From NCBI GenBank assembly GCA_026770705.1, contig JANJGN010000023.1:5766001-5830000 (forward strand): 64,000 nt of DNA, written 5' to 3'. The DNA comes from Isurus oxyrinchus. Lineage: Eukaryota. Below are positions 37,217 through 50,964 of the stretch, piece by piece (the stretch's first letter is position 1; every line of letters starts with the position of its first letter). The notes beneath the pieces were generated by a model. It did not search any database. It saw only the letters and a program-made list of their open reading frames with translations, and had not been told where the DNA came from. A program made the translations under genes and the position numbers.

Positions 37217-37622
37217 CGGCGTTTATATGTAATTTCTTCATCCACGGATAAACCACAGGCTCTTTGGAACATGGAGTGTTTTGGTTGCTGAAGTTCTGGC
37301 TGCAGGAGGGCGGTGGGCTTGGAGTCACCGAGACACACTGGTGGCCATGCTTGGCTAAGTGGTTCTGCAGGCCGGTCTGCGATTGTACGTGACCCCTAGG
37401 CGCCACGACTTGCTCGCCCGAGCCCTGGAGGTTGCTGCAAGAGGAGTAGGGCTGCTCGCTGTACGCTGACCGCGGGTACATCGCCTCATGCTGGAACCCG
37501 GGCTCCCGTGCCCGGGTAAAGTATTCCGGAGAATGGCTTGGTAGGTAATTGTTCTGTGAATACTCTTCACACGGTGGAAATTTAGGGTCCACATAGTTAG
37601 AATTAATCAAAAACGAACTCAT
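37217..37622 (-). CDS. hoxb4: Hox-B4 exon 1
   Basis: MSSFLINSNYVDPKFPPCEEYSQ...KEPVVYPWMKKLH. Donor CCG|GTGAGT. 406+320 nt gives 241 aa. Confidence 0.95.
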
Positions 37623-37693
37623 GACCTTTAATATCTGAAATGCAAAATAACTCAAAATTTTTTCTAACCCAGCCGTTTTTCCTGTTACCTAAA

Positions 37694-37755
37694 CCCTCCT
37701 ACTTTACTGTCAAGTGAACAAAGTTAGGCGTTCATGTGACACCGGCAGCCAATGG
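37694..37755 (-). promoter_or_regulatory. HoxB4 proximal promoter (NF-Y CCAAT box, USF E-box, conserved PG4 5' block)
   Basis: CCATTGGC (37748-37755), GTCACATGA (37732-37740) and TTTGTTCACTTGACAGTAAAGTAGGAGGG. Confidence 0.75.
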
Positions 37756-39004
37756 TAGGTCCCGTTCGATTCCCGGATAAGGAAATAGAATTGGACGCTG
37801 AATGCTCCCAAGCTTCTCCCCTAAACAATTTTTGATTACAGCATTTAATGTGCCTTTTTTTATTCCTAGAACTTGGCAACTTTGCAAATGGGACCTTTTT
37901 GTTTCAAGCCCGTTAAACAGAATTAACGTCGTCCAAAAGTTTTTGTTATATGCATCAATGGTTTCTTGCCAGTCGATATCACTCCAAAAAAATGAGTCAG
38001 CTTTTCAAAAAACATAAAATACGATCTGATATGTTAGAATCTATCCGCGGCTTGTAAATCTTTCTGTAATCGCAATGCTAACGCCTTTGCAGAGCTTGGG
38101 GAGGAGGAAGGCGTTTTAGCTGGCAAAGATAAATCGGGCTGCTTTGGATCAATAGAAAATTCATCAACTAATTCAGGACACCTAAGTCAACAAATTGCAT
38201 TTAGCAATGCATTACACTGGCGATTTTTACCCAGAATATCTCTTGGTGAAACGATTCCCCTCGAAACATGCCTAGAATACGCACAATTAAAAAAGAGAGA
38301 AATATTTCACAAGTAGCATTCACACGCAAGTCTAAACGAAGTTGCCCATGTTCGATTAAAAGCATGATCCCAAAGTGTGGAAGGAATGTTAATACAGGTT
38401 TGCCTCTTGCCACATTGAATAGCTTTCGTTGACTTTAATTATAAAGGGTGCACTATGCAATAGAGCTACAAAATCCATTTATTTTTGAAGTCGTCATGTT
38501 TGAATTCTCGACCAAATATGACACAAATAGCTGTAAAGTTTTATTTAAAATGATACATATAAAATTGTGAAAAAACCCACAATTAACTGGGTTAAATAAT
38601 TGAAGACGTTCATATACTTTTAATGCATGGTAGACTGTGATTCCATGGGCAGTAAACGACATGCGTGGGGGGTTCGAATTGATTAATTTCTAAGTCATAA
38701 CAAACCCTTTAAAGCTGGCCATTTTAACGGAGCTATGCGCGGGATTATCGAAAAAGGTAACAGTAACATTCCATATTTAAATGACGTAACAAATACAGCA
38801 CCAGAGAGTGCTGAGAGTTGTAGCAACAAGACTGAAAAGGGGGAAAAAGGGCAGCACGTCATTCCAGGCAGCAGTCTGACCCGCAGAATCAGGTAGATGA
38901 ATACTATGTTTCGGTTTTATTTATTTTATATTATCGATTTGTACGAAGAAGATTCTAGGCGTGAACATATTCTTCTGTCTTCCGGGTGAATGTTGTAGCG
39001 TTTG

Positions 39005-39092
39005 TGTCGACTACATACTCCCCTAGATACGAATTTGTGACCACAACTTTGTCAACACAAATTCGGATCTACAGGGTATATATAGAGGACAG
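39005..39092 (-). ncRNA. mir10a: pre-miR-10 (miR-10a type) hairpin
   Basis: Mature 5p UACCCUGUAGAUCCGAAUUUGUG at 39056-39078 and 3p CAAAUUCGUAUCUAGGGGAGUA at 39016-39037. The arms pair and the position between Hox4 and Hox5 is canonical. Confidence 0.97.
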
Positions 39093-41189
39093 ACATATTT
39101 TCAGCATTTTTGTAGCCCAGAGACGTTCAAGAGCATCCAATGTAAATGTGCACGCATTATTGAACCAAGAATACATACGTGTGTGCGTTTTATATGTATC
39201 TGCACAACTTGAGTGAGGATCCCTTTCTCCGGTTTCTTTCAGTGATTTGTAATGCAATTTATGAACCTTCTTTATACATTGAAATGTGAGGCGTACAGTT
39301 TTGCAAATGCAACGAAAGCAATGTCAGTAAATTCTGAACAAAGTATTCTGGAAGAATCCAAACAATCCACTTTCAGGGCCAACTTCGAATCATCGCACAA
39401 GCAAACATCCATGCGTTCATACAAAACAGCTAGATAGGAGGGAGGACAAGTCACACGTGATACTTTCCCAAAAGTTTGTTTCCAGCTGCAACAGAGACAA
39501 ATACATTTTCTTTATATTTAATTTATTCAAGAGCAGTGGAGGAGCCTCCACGCAATGGTTACATAAATCTTACAGCAGACATTGCGAAAATCATGGCATC
39601 CTCCACTCTGATAAATTCATACAAAATAAGGAGTGTTACTGTGATGTACCTGGGTGATTTATCTTTATGTAGCATGCGGCCCAAGTAGTGGGGTTAAAAA
39701 GACCAACTAAAACGACCTTAGTGATTTCCTTCAGGGTTACGCCTATTTTTCTTAAATATGATGGCTGGCATAAATTGCCCACAAAATTATAATTTAAAAA
39801 CTTTGTCAATCTAAATTCATTTACGACGGAGAAACAGAAATACCAAATTGTTTTAACATAAAACTCTTCTATGAATAGGGACCAATGTTGTTTGAAACAT
39901 GCAAACTGCTTCAAAGAACTTTATTTCCGGTAGTAATAAAACATAAAAATGATGCAGAGGCTTCTCTCAGTATACCCTTCGCATGTAAAAAGACTTTATG
40001 GCCTTTAAAAAAAAGCCCTGTTTATAGGTCTAACTTTACGATCATGTTGATCACTGCCATTCAAACCTTCCAAAAAACAGAAGCGGAATTTTATGTAATG
40101 TTACTCTTATTCAATATCCTTGGCCTTTACAGTTGTGCCTTTTAAACATCTTTTCACTATCACCGTAGTTAAAAAGGAAACACAGAGCCTCTTCAAAGGT
40201 GTCTTTTCATAAAAGATAATCCAAGTGCTTTGTTTAACTCGCCGTAATAAAAATGTCGACATTTCGGAAGTTTGGAAGATGAATATATTTACTGTCCCCT
40301 ATCTGTTCTGCATTTCAAAAGAACCTCGCTATAGATTGCTATCCTAACAGAGGATGCAAACATCAGCGGGATGGGGGAGGCCTTTTCCCCCTCCTGTTTG
40401 TAGCTTGCCATAGGGGAAGTGAAACGCAGGCCTCAACCTTACTGTAGCAAAGGACTCGCTACAGCCAATGATAATGATTTTAAAAAGTGAACATGCAAAT
40501 ACTACCATCTTACTAAGCATTGATAACCTAACTGATTTAACGTAACTATCAGCATTTTTTACATATTTAGAAACACGGTGGCATTTAATTATTGCGGTTA
40601 GTTTTGCATTACTGGTAGTTAAATCACATACTCTGATCGTTTTTGCAAAGTTATTTTGTGGTATTCTGTCTTAAGCATACTCATACACACACTTCTCTCG
40701 ACATCGTTCCCAGCCCCTCCATCTATTGGGGTTAGTTCAAGGCTAAACATGTCGCCAAGTTACTCCTACATCCCAGCATAGTTTTCCGATTGCGTTAAAT
40801 CACATTCATAACCTCTCACACACAGAAAAACCCTTTGGTGTTTCTTCCTCTACATTCTCAAATTATACATTACAGAACGCGTCGGTGTGGGCTTTGCAAA
40901 AAAAAATCAAACCGAGAGGCCGAAAATACCAACTTCAACATAAACATATTCGTTCTCCTTTGTCTGTTCTTGCACTGATAACATCTAGTTAGAGCAAAGC
41001 TTTCCAGCAGCCCTCTTTTTTCCCCCATTCGAAATGCCTAGCAGCTTTTTAAGAAGTGGCCGAGAACCGGCCTGGTGAACATTTTGTTTTCTCCCTCAGT
41101 TTTCGTATTAATCTCATACACTGACAGTCTTTGTTAAACACCAAGGCGTGCCGTGCGTCCGAGTACATTTTAATATTTGTTAGACGCTT

Positions 41190-41206
41190 TGACCTGAGTT
41201 TCACCC
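41190..41206 (-). promoter_or_regulatory. Hoxb4 upstream DR5 RARE (B4U)
   Basis: GGGTGA-aactc-AGGTCA upstream of miR-10, matching the PG4 5' RARE pattern RGGTGA-n5-AGGTCA. Confidence 0.85.
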
Positions 41207-44200
41207 CGCTCTTGGACTCTCCCCCTCTACAAGTTCTATAGTATGGATAGGTCTCTCAGTCATATTGAATTTTGCTCAGGTCATTACGTTTGAGAAAAAT
41301 AGCAAGGCAGGAGTTTACCCAAAACAGCATTAAGGCTCTGGAAATTCTCTCAAGCATTGCATGTTCTGTGATTCCATTAACATCAAATATTTATTATAGA
41401 AGTCACAGTTCTAGTCCTCTATTGGCAGATACGTACCCAGATTCCAATTTGAATAACAAAAGTAATTAATAGATCTGTTTTCTTGGGCATGCTTAGTTGC
41501 ATAAATATAAAATGTTATCCTTTTCACAGTTGAATATTTCATGTATTACTACATTGGATAAGCCAAAGAATAACAACAATTGATAAGGCATCAGGCAAAT
41601 AAAAAGTCCCAGCACATTTCACATTCTATATATGTGTGCATGTGTGTGTAACAGCGAATTAATTTAATTTGTTGAAAATGATTGTTTTAACACGTCAGAG
41701 GATTTTCTAATTAAAACTAAGGAGAATACGCCTACTTGACGCAACCCCCTCCAGGCAAATGTCAGCAAATTTCTCGATGAACTTATATTCAAACTTGCTC
41801 AAACTGTATTTCATTTGCTTCTCCATTTTCTTCTAATGCATTTTTCATCTATTGACAGATTAGTGAAACCGTGTCGGTACAATGTTAAATATGGAGACAT
41901 AGATTAAAGAAAAGGTTCAAATATTTTCCAATTCCAACATGTTATTTAACATACAAAGTGGGAATTTTAATTTCATGCGAAGGGTTGGTGAATGTTATTT
42001 TTGAGTGAATGTTTCAGTTAAGATTGAGCAAATTGCGTGTATATTGACACATTCATCGATTGAATCAATTTCTGTTAGCTCGATGTTCTCGGCGCCAATT
42101 ATTGTTTGAATCATATGTTTGTTGCCCATTGCACATAGTAACACAATCATAGTTTACATTAAATGATATAAGCATCTCTATGACTCTGTTACTGCTCCTG
42201 TTGACAATTAATTCCCCTCCCCCTCAAAAAGAACCCTGTAAGTTACAGAAACCACACTGGCTTAAAATAATGAATTTAAGATATTAAAATAAACAAGTAT
42301 CAGAACAGATATTTATATAAAATACATAAAACTTAGGAACAGTCAATTTCTTGAAAGAAAACGAAAAAACGCACGTGATTTCAGGTGCACATGATCTTTT
42401 CGCCATTTCAGAATATAGCTGGCTTGTTTTGCTACCGAATTTCAACCGTTGCAAAACATTTCATATGCAAAAGTAGTGTTTTCTATTCCCTTTATATCAG
42501 GGAGTGGAAAGTAAATATATAATCCCTACATTATAATAGTGACGATACTTCAAAAGTACTCCATTGGTTGTAAACCACTTTGGGGAATCCTGAAGCGTGA
42601 AAGGCCAAAGAAATGCAACATTTTTATATCTATAAAATGCAAGCAAGTTATATAAGACATTAACATAATCTAATCAAGACAAAAAAATCTCTTAAATCCA
42701 ATTCGTTTTCATTTTAGTTACGGCACTTGAAAAGGATAGCTGTACATCTCTGCTGTCTTTGTAAGAATAAGAAAACGTATGCTGTATAATCATTGATATC
42801 ATGCTTACATTATTATTCTATATAAAAGCACTTGCTTCGATGTGGATGCCAAGCAATGCAAAGTGACCTGAATGTAGGCAGCCCTTAATTCTTCCCTCAC
42901 TGTCTATAAATGCATGTTTGGAAATACTTCTGGTAGTTTGCTACACAAAATGTTCATTCAAACATTCAAAATTTAAGAGCTTGTATCTTTACTTTGAACA
43001 GATTTATTGCAAAGCAACTGTAGTGTAAACAGATTTAAAACGTCTTCGGTGCGCAGAACGACCCCAAAGACACTGCCTTGCAGACAGATTTAAATGGCTT
43101 ACTTTGTTTAAATGATCAGACTAGGGCCCATGGTTTACAACTTTGAAAAGTGTTTTGGCTGATATAGGAAGCAACAACTGCGCATTAATGATAACCAAAG
43201 AAGACTGGCATCTAGTTACTTTTGAGGCCAATGGCAAGAAGCTAGATCTATCTTATTGTTTTCTTTACTTTTGTAAAATTTAATCAAAGTTCCCGTAATC
43301 TTCCTGAATGGGCTTCGCGTGATAAATTTTATTCTAAGGGTCTATAAGCGGGTAACTGGGAGAAAAACCTAAAAGCAAATGCACGGAGAAATGAAAGAAG
43401 TTAATATTTCCCTGCTTAAGAATATGAAAAATAATTTTAGAGTCTCGTGTTCCTGTTTTCAGTGACTGACCTTGCTTTATGTGACACTTTAAAGCGTAGC
43501 AATTCGTCAATTAATTCCAAAAACTCTGTCTCTACTTTTTTGACTTCCTTGTCCTATCTTTCCCCATTTACACCTATACATATCAGGACTATATATGTTT
43601 GAAAATATGATAATTGTACATATGAAGTCCTATTTTACACGCTATTTTCACATTGACTTGTATAATGTATACTTGACTCGACCTATCTTATGTCTCTTCT
43701 CCTGATATAACAACAGGCATTTACTATTCATCCTTTCCGTCATGTCACCCATTATAAATAAACCGTTTCTATTTCCATACAACTTGACTCTTTAAATGAT
43801 TTTAAAAACTGATTACATCTGGCGGGAATTATTTCTCTCGTCCATTTGTGTTTTCAAAGTCTCTTATAACCTATACCGCAGCTACTTCCGTCGTGGATCT
43901 GGTGATTTCTATTTATTGTGCAGTGTGTCCTATAAAAGGGATCAATTAATCCTCCCTGTTTTTGCACAGATCGTGTTCAGGATAGTTAGCCTTCCCCCCA
44001 CCCCCACTCCCACCTCTCTCTCTCTCCCTGTCTGTCTCTGTCCGTCTCCCTCGTCTTATTTTACATACTTTTAGATTGTTGTTCATCGTTAAACTCTACT
44101 TCCACTTCCACATCATACCTTGGTATCATTTTCTCATCTGTGCAGATAGCCAAGATCATCCCTTTTACCATTGACATCGAACTGGGTCTATCTAAGCAGA

Positions 44201-47200
44201 CAACACCAAGTCACGCACGACGTAAACTTTTGACCCTCCACTTTTTGACCCCTTAGCTATAATGCTGTACTAACAAGCCCCCATGAACAGTTTCAACATC
44301 GCAATCCTCAGACAGTATTGCTGTACAGTTTTGTTTTTACCCCCACGAGGCTCGATTTTGTTTTAACTTTAGCGCTGCTTCACTTAAGACATATAATTTA
44401 GAAACCGAAAGATTTTATTGAGACACTGGAATTTCTTGAAAGTTGGGTTTGAACTCTTCAAAATTATATTTTTTTCTTACCGGCATTGTTTGAATGAATT
44501 TATATCATTATTCGTCAGGAAAAATGTACAAACTGAAAGGGTGAGTTTTGAAGAGACAAATGACTACAGCACTTAGAAACTGCTGATAGTGCATAAGTAG
44601 AACATTTTGGGGAGATATCAGACAGACTCCTCCGACTCTGTTCTGCCAGATTAACTGCAATGGAAAGGCTGGTAAGCGTTGTGGCAGAAAGGAGACGTAT
44701 AATGACTATGAACTTGGTCTGAAGCGGGCTCTGGTGGCGGATCCGACACGTTACATGTGTAAAATAACTCCCCAGATCCTGTTCGTATTTATTTCAAATT
44801 CTGCTTATAAGTCCGATTTTTATTGCGGCAAAATATCTCAAGTTGTTAGTTGCAAAAGTTTTTTTTTTCGAAACCATTGTCAGTTTTTCTGTTCTTTGCG
44901 TTCCGTGTGACGTTAAGCTGGCAGTAATCGTGTCTTGTTTAATAAAAGCGGAGTACATTTAATATAGAGAAGCAGGTCATCAGAACAATCCCTCAAGAGA
45001 TGAAGCATTAACAAGGGTTTTATATTATCTTTGTCATCAGATTGCTTAATAATTTTGGAATCTTAAATTCAATGCAAAATTAAATTAAACCAAATTCAAT
45101 TCAATTCAATTAAGTCATCGTCTTGTTCTTTAAACGGTGGAGAACGAATACTGGATAAAACAGTTTGAGATATTGGTAGTAGTGTTTTCAAACTAACCGA
45201 GTAAGATTTTCTGTTGCAAAATGTCTCGTTCAATTGCATAGCAAATGTCAGACATCAACCTTTTTTAAATTTAAATCAGGGGTTAAAAAATCTTCAGGGC
45301 CTGTCTGCCATAAAAAAACAAAGCCTTTTGTAGAGTATGAGAATTATTATGTTGCCTGATACCAATTATATTGTGGTTTATAGTTTTTTTCTTTTATTTA
45401 ACACTTTATTAAGTGAAGGAGATGCATCAAAAATAATAGTGCTCTGTAATTTAAGATCTCACCTTATGCCCGTGTTGCATTTAATTAGACTATGATATGT
45501 ATGCTGGCCTCGCTTAGGTCGCACGTTCTGAAACAGGGTGCCGGTTTATGGCCTAAAGTGATCCCAGTTACTAACGGTTGAAACAACGGAGTAGAGTTAA
45601 TGATAACGTGTGAGATATGAATGCTTTTATCTATGTGTCTGCAACTAGATGTTTAATACGACAATATAATCATCTGACACCTTTATGACTCCGTCGCGCG
45701 TTTGTGTGACTGCCTTTTGTTCCCGTTCCCCCTAAATTACAACCTTAACCCAGTCCTCCTATCCATTCAGTGCCCATAAGAGCACCAAATGCATGCCACT
45801 TAAAAACCTTAAAGAAAATACATCACCTTTAGACTGTGCAGTTAACCTGATAGGGATGATTATCGATCCTGTACGTTTCTGTGGAACAGATAATTCTCTT
45901 GTGATAGTATCAGGAGCAAATACATCTGTGTTAGAAGGGGAAAGAAACAACACCACTTTCCCTGAAACTAAATTAGTTGTGTTACAGTTGATTATTGATT
46001 CACACCATAAACGCTGGTGCCCGTGTTGATCTACAAAGAGGGGGAGAGGCCCGGTAACCTTAAATAGATTGGAAATGAGTGGGAATGGTTATCTGTGTTT
46101 TAGAATGAATTATGAAATATTTGCAATGATTTTTCGCCCTAGCAGAGTTAGCTCCAATTGGAAACCAATCAGCATTTTTCTACAATAGGGAACATTCCAG
46201 GCTACATACATATTTGGTGCTATTAAGCATTTTGTTTCTTACACTCAACTGCAACATTCTTGGTCAGGTTTGATTTAGTTTAATTATGTACCAGTATCTA
46301 CCAAGAGACCGTAGATTCTTGTCTATTTCTGTAATTATTTATGCTCTATCAGTTTCTTTCTTACACTAATCATAAACTATTATGCTAAAGTATTTCCTGA
46401 GCATCCTGTCTTTAAATCAGATTGAAGAATTTAAGTGAAGGGCTAAATGTAGGACCCCATCAAAGCTGAAATGAATAGAAGTTGGTTGGTGACGTAGGAA
46501 GTGGATCTGAAAGTGACAGGTTATTTTATTGCGGAGAAAAACATTACAATATTGCAAAGAACAGGTTTATCCCAAACTCAAAACCTTGACCCAGTTTTGT
46601 TGTAATCCTCTCACATGTGAAATACGTATTTAGAAATTGGAAAAAATAATTGCATTAATTGTTTCTATCTCCCATTTTACGACAGAACATTGAAGAATAA
46701 TCATTCAGTTTCACCGAACACTGAATAAAATGAGAAATGAAACGCAAGACCACAATGTACTTCCTCCATCAGGGATGTGTTTTCCTGTTTACCCATTGGA
46801 TTTCCTCAGCTATCAGCGCGGAAAGGCAATAAAAAAGATGACAGAAACACTTCGACATTCTGAGAGAAAAAAACTTTGACTCCTAACATTGATTTAAAAA
46901 GCTCCCTCCCCCGCCCCTCAACTGCACAGCGGAAGCGGCGAGAATTAAAAACTTGACGGATTCGAGGACTGTGTCACAACAATGATTATCAACGGGTGAG
47001 AAACTTGACATTTACTGATGAGAAATGTCAAACTATAATTTTCCTCTTATGTATCTACATTTCTCCTTAGACTAGTTAGTGACTACACAAGTAATCTTTA
47101 CAAAGAACCTCAAAATATGCAGACAATTGTCAGATTATCATGACAGGAAGTCCATTACAGTAAGGGTGATACTCTTGATAAGCACTGTAACATATAGTAA

Positions 47201-50200
47201 GTGCCGTGTATAAATAAAATCTAACTAAATTATAAAACGTTAGTCCATACTTGTTTCGGGTAATTCTTTACTGTAGGATCAAAGGATATCTGTTTGTATT
47301 AAGAATCTCTTTAGCCTAACAAATTGATATAGCACCCATTCCCCTGTCTCTCACTTCAACTTGAAACCCCAAAGGAAACATTTTCGTATAAAAGTCTGTG
47401 CAACGTTCAATTAGTCGTACTTAAGAGTCACATTTCAAAATGATGACATTTATAGAGGCTAAAAGTCTATAATTCAAAACTGACAGCATTGAAAAAGTTA
47501 AAGGCTATAATTTAAAAGTAGTGACTGGGTCTCGCGTATGAATCCCTATTGCGGGAAGTATGGCGCACTTAATAGTTTGAAAATATTTTACTAGTTCATC
47601 AAATTTTACAATTAGCGATGGGTGTAAAAGATGCCTCTATCCACTTTTAGACATTTGTCTTAGGCCGTCTAGTGCCTGTTCCTTTGCTCACCTTGAAGGC
47701 ATTATGAGTTCTAAAAGAGTTCAGTTAGGCCAAGGTTCGGAACCACAGCCTAACTAAAACCTACTGATCCAGAGTTGAAAACAAATTTGCGAGATACCGA
47801 AGGTGAGGCAGTGGGGAAGGTGGGGGCGGGGTGATAGTTTAATCACAAACTATCATTAAGGGTCATTTTGAGATTAGACTCCATGTTAACAAGGCTGCGT
47901 TTAAATAGAGTCCTTTCTTCATTTTAACTTTGCAAAGTCTTACAATACGATTACAAACATATATTTGAATATGCCTTCTTTTAAACAATAAAAACAATGG
48001 CGATCAATTTGACTCTTAATTCAAAAAGGCATGTGGTTATTATTCCTTCGGCATTCAATTAGTGGGGTGGTTAACATTCGGAACACTAATAAGCCAAGGA
48101 AGTGCTTTAAAAATAATATAAAGGTGTCCTTGACTGCACACGGCCTTCCTCAAAAGGCCGATTTCCTTTTTAAACAATATATGTAAATAAACTACAAAAG
48201 ATTATATTAATCCACACGGGACAGTGTTGAACTGCCCGTTTTCCAGCAGAATGATTTTTCCAGGAAATTGCAAAAACGTTGTTAATATTTTGAAAATAAG
48301 ATTAAACTAAGATAGAAACGAAGAAACTGCATTGAGGCTGAGCTACATTTTGTACCTCGACTATTAGCAAGAGTAAAGTTTACATTAACAACTAAAACTA
48401 CGAACATGTTTGAGCATTCCTGGCCCACCTTTGCTCACAGCTGAACCGTTCAAATTCATATTTATTTTAATCTTTGCTCCGAATCAAAGATTAACAAATC
48501 AAGCTCTAGAATCAAAGCAAATTATTGTAATTATATTAAATACATAGAGGAAACGAATTTTCAACCATGCGATATGTATAAAAGAAACTCAATGTCAACA
48601 CAATTAAACATCAAGAACATTTAAATCTACTTAAGTAAAATAATCAGGCGCTAGGAACGAGGCCCATTAATCCCATCCACCAGATCTTACTTTTTTTACA
48701 CTTTGGGCTCGATGCACTGTTTAAAGCATAGAAAAAATATATTCGTAAAAGCTAAAATCTTTGCACTACTGTCAATTTATCATTTTTAAAAGTTTTTATT
48801 TCATTTTGGAAGCTTCCCTGCGTCCTGCTGTCAGGAACCATACGCGCCCTGCTTTATAGTTCGTCGTAACTTACCTTGAGCTGTACAGTTCCATATGATT
48901 TTAACTGTAGTCAGTAAAGATTTTGGAAACTACAGGTCTGGTAAAAGAGTCCTGCTCGATTCCTCTGGAAGACTAGCCACATTATATGCTTACAGTCTCT
49001 TCAAGCCCAGTCAGATAAAGTTCAGCGTCACTAACATTATACAGAATGTGAAATATATTGTACCTTGTCAACTCCCCAGAACCATAAAACTAACTTTAAC
49101 GACCCCACGTGACTTTTGAGAGCCAGTAGGGGTATCTGCCTGCGGTATGGGCGATTTTTACGATCTAACTTTGAGATAAATACCCAATTCATTTGACATC
49201 CCAATGTCATACCGACTTCTTGTATATGTAGTTTGTTATATTCACAAGGGGAGCAGGCACTATGCAGGATAGACCTAACATTTGCTGTGTGACTTATCAA
49301 CTACCGATAAGCACTTGGACGTTCTTTTGGTAAGTTGAGTTTAAACTAAACTAAGGGTTACCTGTTGCACAAAAATGAAGCCAGATTTACAAAAGGAACG
49401 CGTATAGTTTGTCATGTAGACAAACTTGAAACAGTACACCTTGTTACTGTACAAGTCTCTTGGGGCATGCCGCAGAAATCAAGTCCGAGACACCTTTTTT
49501 TTTCAAAAATACAAGACAACAGTGAATAGAAAACAATCTTGTTGAAGTGCTTAACTAGAAGATGGCGGGTTCAGTTAGATCCAGTTGCCAGAAGTCAAAT
49601 CACATAAATACCGCCTTTAAATACAAACGAGCAACTCAGCCGCGTAAGCAAAACAGCAAGGGTTAGGTAAGGTTTAGGGATTAATCTGAACGATTAACTA
49701 ATAGAGCCAGGTAATGTTTCCTTCTAATAATACCTTATAGAAGTAATTACCAGTAATAAAACGAGAAGCAATCAATAGATATTCAGCAAAATTCACAATG
49801 TACGCCGTTAAAGTACATTTATAAAACGCACAGTACATGGAGTTAAGGTATCACAAGACACGTAGCAATATTCAAATATAACACATCTGATAATATTTAT
49901 TGTACTAGATACTAACAATAAGTATTCTCCAGATGCAGTAGAACGCATTGCGCTGGGTAATAAGATGCCAACCTATTTACAGTCAACATATTACACTTCA
50001 GAGATTAGGGGTGGTTATGAGAAACTTTTACTTTATTTCGAATTAAGCTACAAACAAATACAAAAAGCTTGTTGGCAACATACTGTAGGACCTAAACATA
50101 GTTGTCGTTCACTTCCACAGAAAATATGCCATTCATCACTCTGCCCATTACAGACTAGCTATAGGCAACATTATAAACTTTTTTTGTATTATTTACAACC

Positions 50201-50713
50201 ATTATAACTCACTAAATAATCGTGTACAATCATCGCTGATTTCAGAATCTATCCACATGTATTACCAAAGATTAGAATTCTACATGGAATTTCGACATAC
50301 AGACGTTGCTTAAAATCACGGACAGCATTAAGGACAGAAACTTACATGAACGTGGTTATATTTTTGAGGGGTGATAGTGCAAGAGCAAAGATTTTAGCTT
50401 TTTATCAGCGTGTGGGAGGGAAAGAAGATCAAATTGTACAACTTGTGTCAATTATAAATAAGTTATACCATTTACAATCCACAAAAACCATGCTACTTTT
50501 TCAAGAGAGCACCAACAGTTCACTGACACAGACACATGTAAGACAGCAACAAGCATTTAACAGCGAAAGGACAACACAGGTTAAAGGGGGAAAAATGTTA
50601 GCATTACCACAGAAAAGTTTAATTCATCTTTAATATTTAACAACACGCGGAAAAAAAGGTGCCTCGCTGTACAGTACTGGTGCACGGTGTCTGTTATTTT
50701 TACATTTGATTTG

Positions 50714-50964
50714 TTAGGGTTGAAAGGCGCTTGCTCCGGCCGTCATGCTCATGCTTTTCAGCTTGTTGTCCTTTTTCCATTTCATCCGCCGGTTCTGGAA
50801 CCAAATCTTGATCTGCCGTTCTGAGAGACACAGAGCATGGGCAATCTCTATCCTCCGCCGTCGGGTTAGATATCTGTTGAAGTGGAACTCTTTTTCCAAC
50901 TCCAACGTCTGAAAACGAGTATAAGCAGTCCTGGCTCTTTTCCCGTCGGGTCCACCCATACCAT
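50714..50964 (-). CDS. hoxb5: Hox-B5 exon 2 (homeodomain)
   Basis: [70 protein letters not shown]...SAFQP. Acceptor tagcAG at 50965-50966. Confidence 0.96.

Noticed and set aside
44231-44251. TGACCC-n9-TGACCC
   Set aside because: The spacing is not a canonical RARE (DR1/2/5).
49122-49136. CTCF-like CCAGTAGGGGTATC
   Set aside because: Lacks the essential GGC of the core; better explained as part of the E-box/CCAAT-like module.
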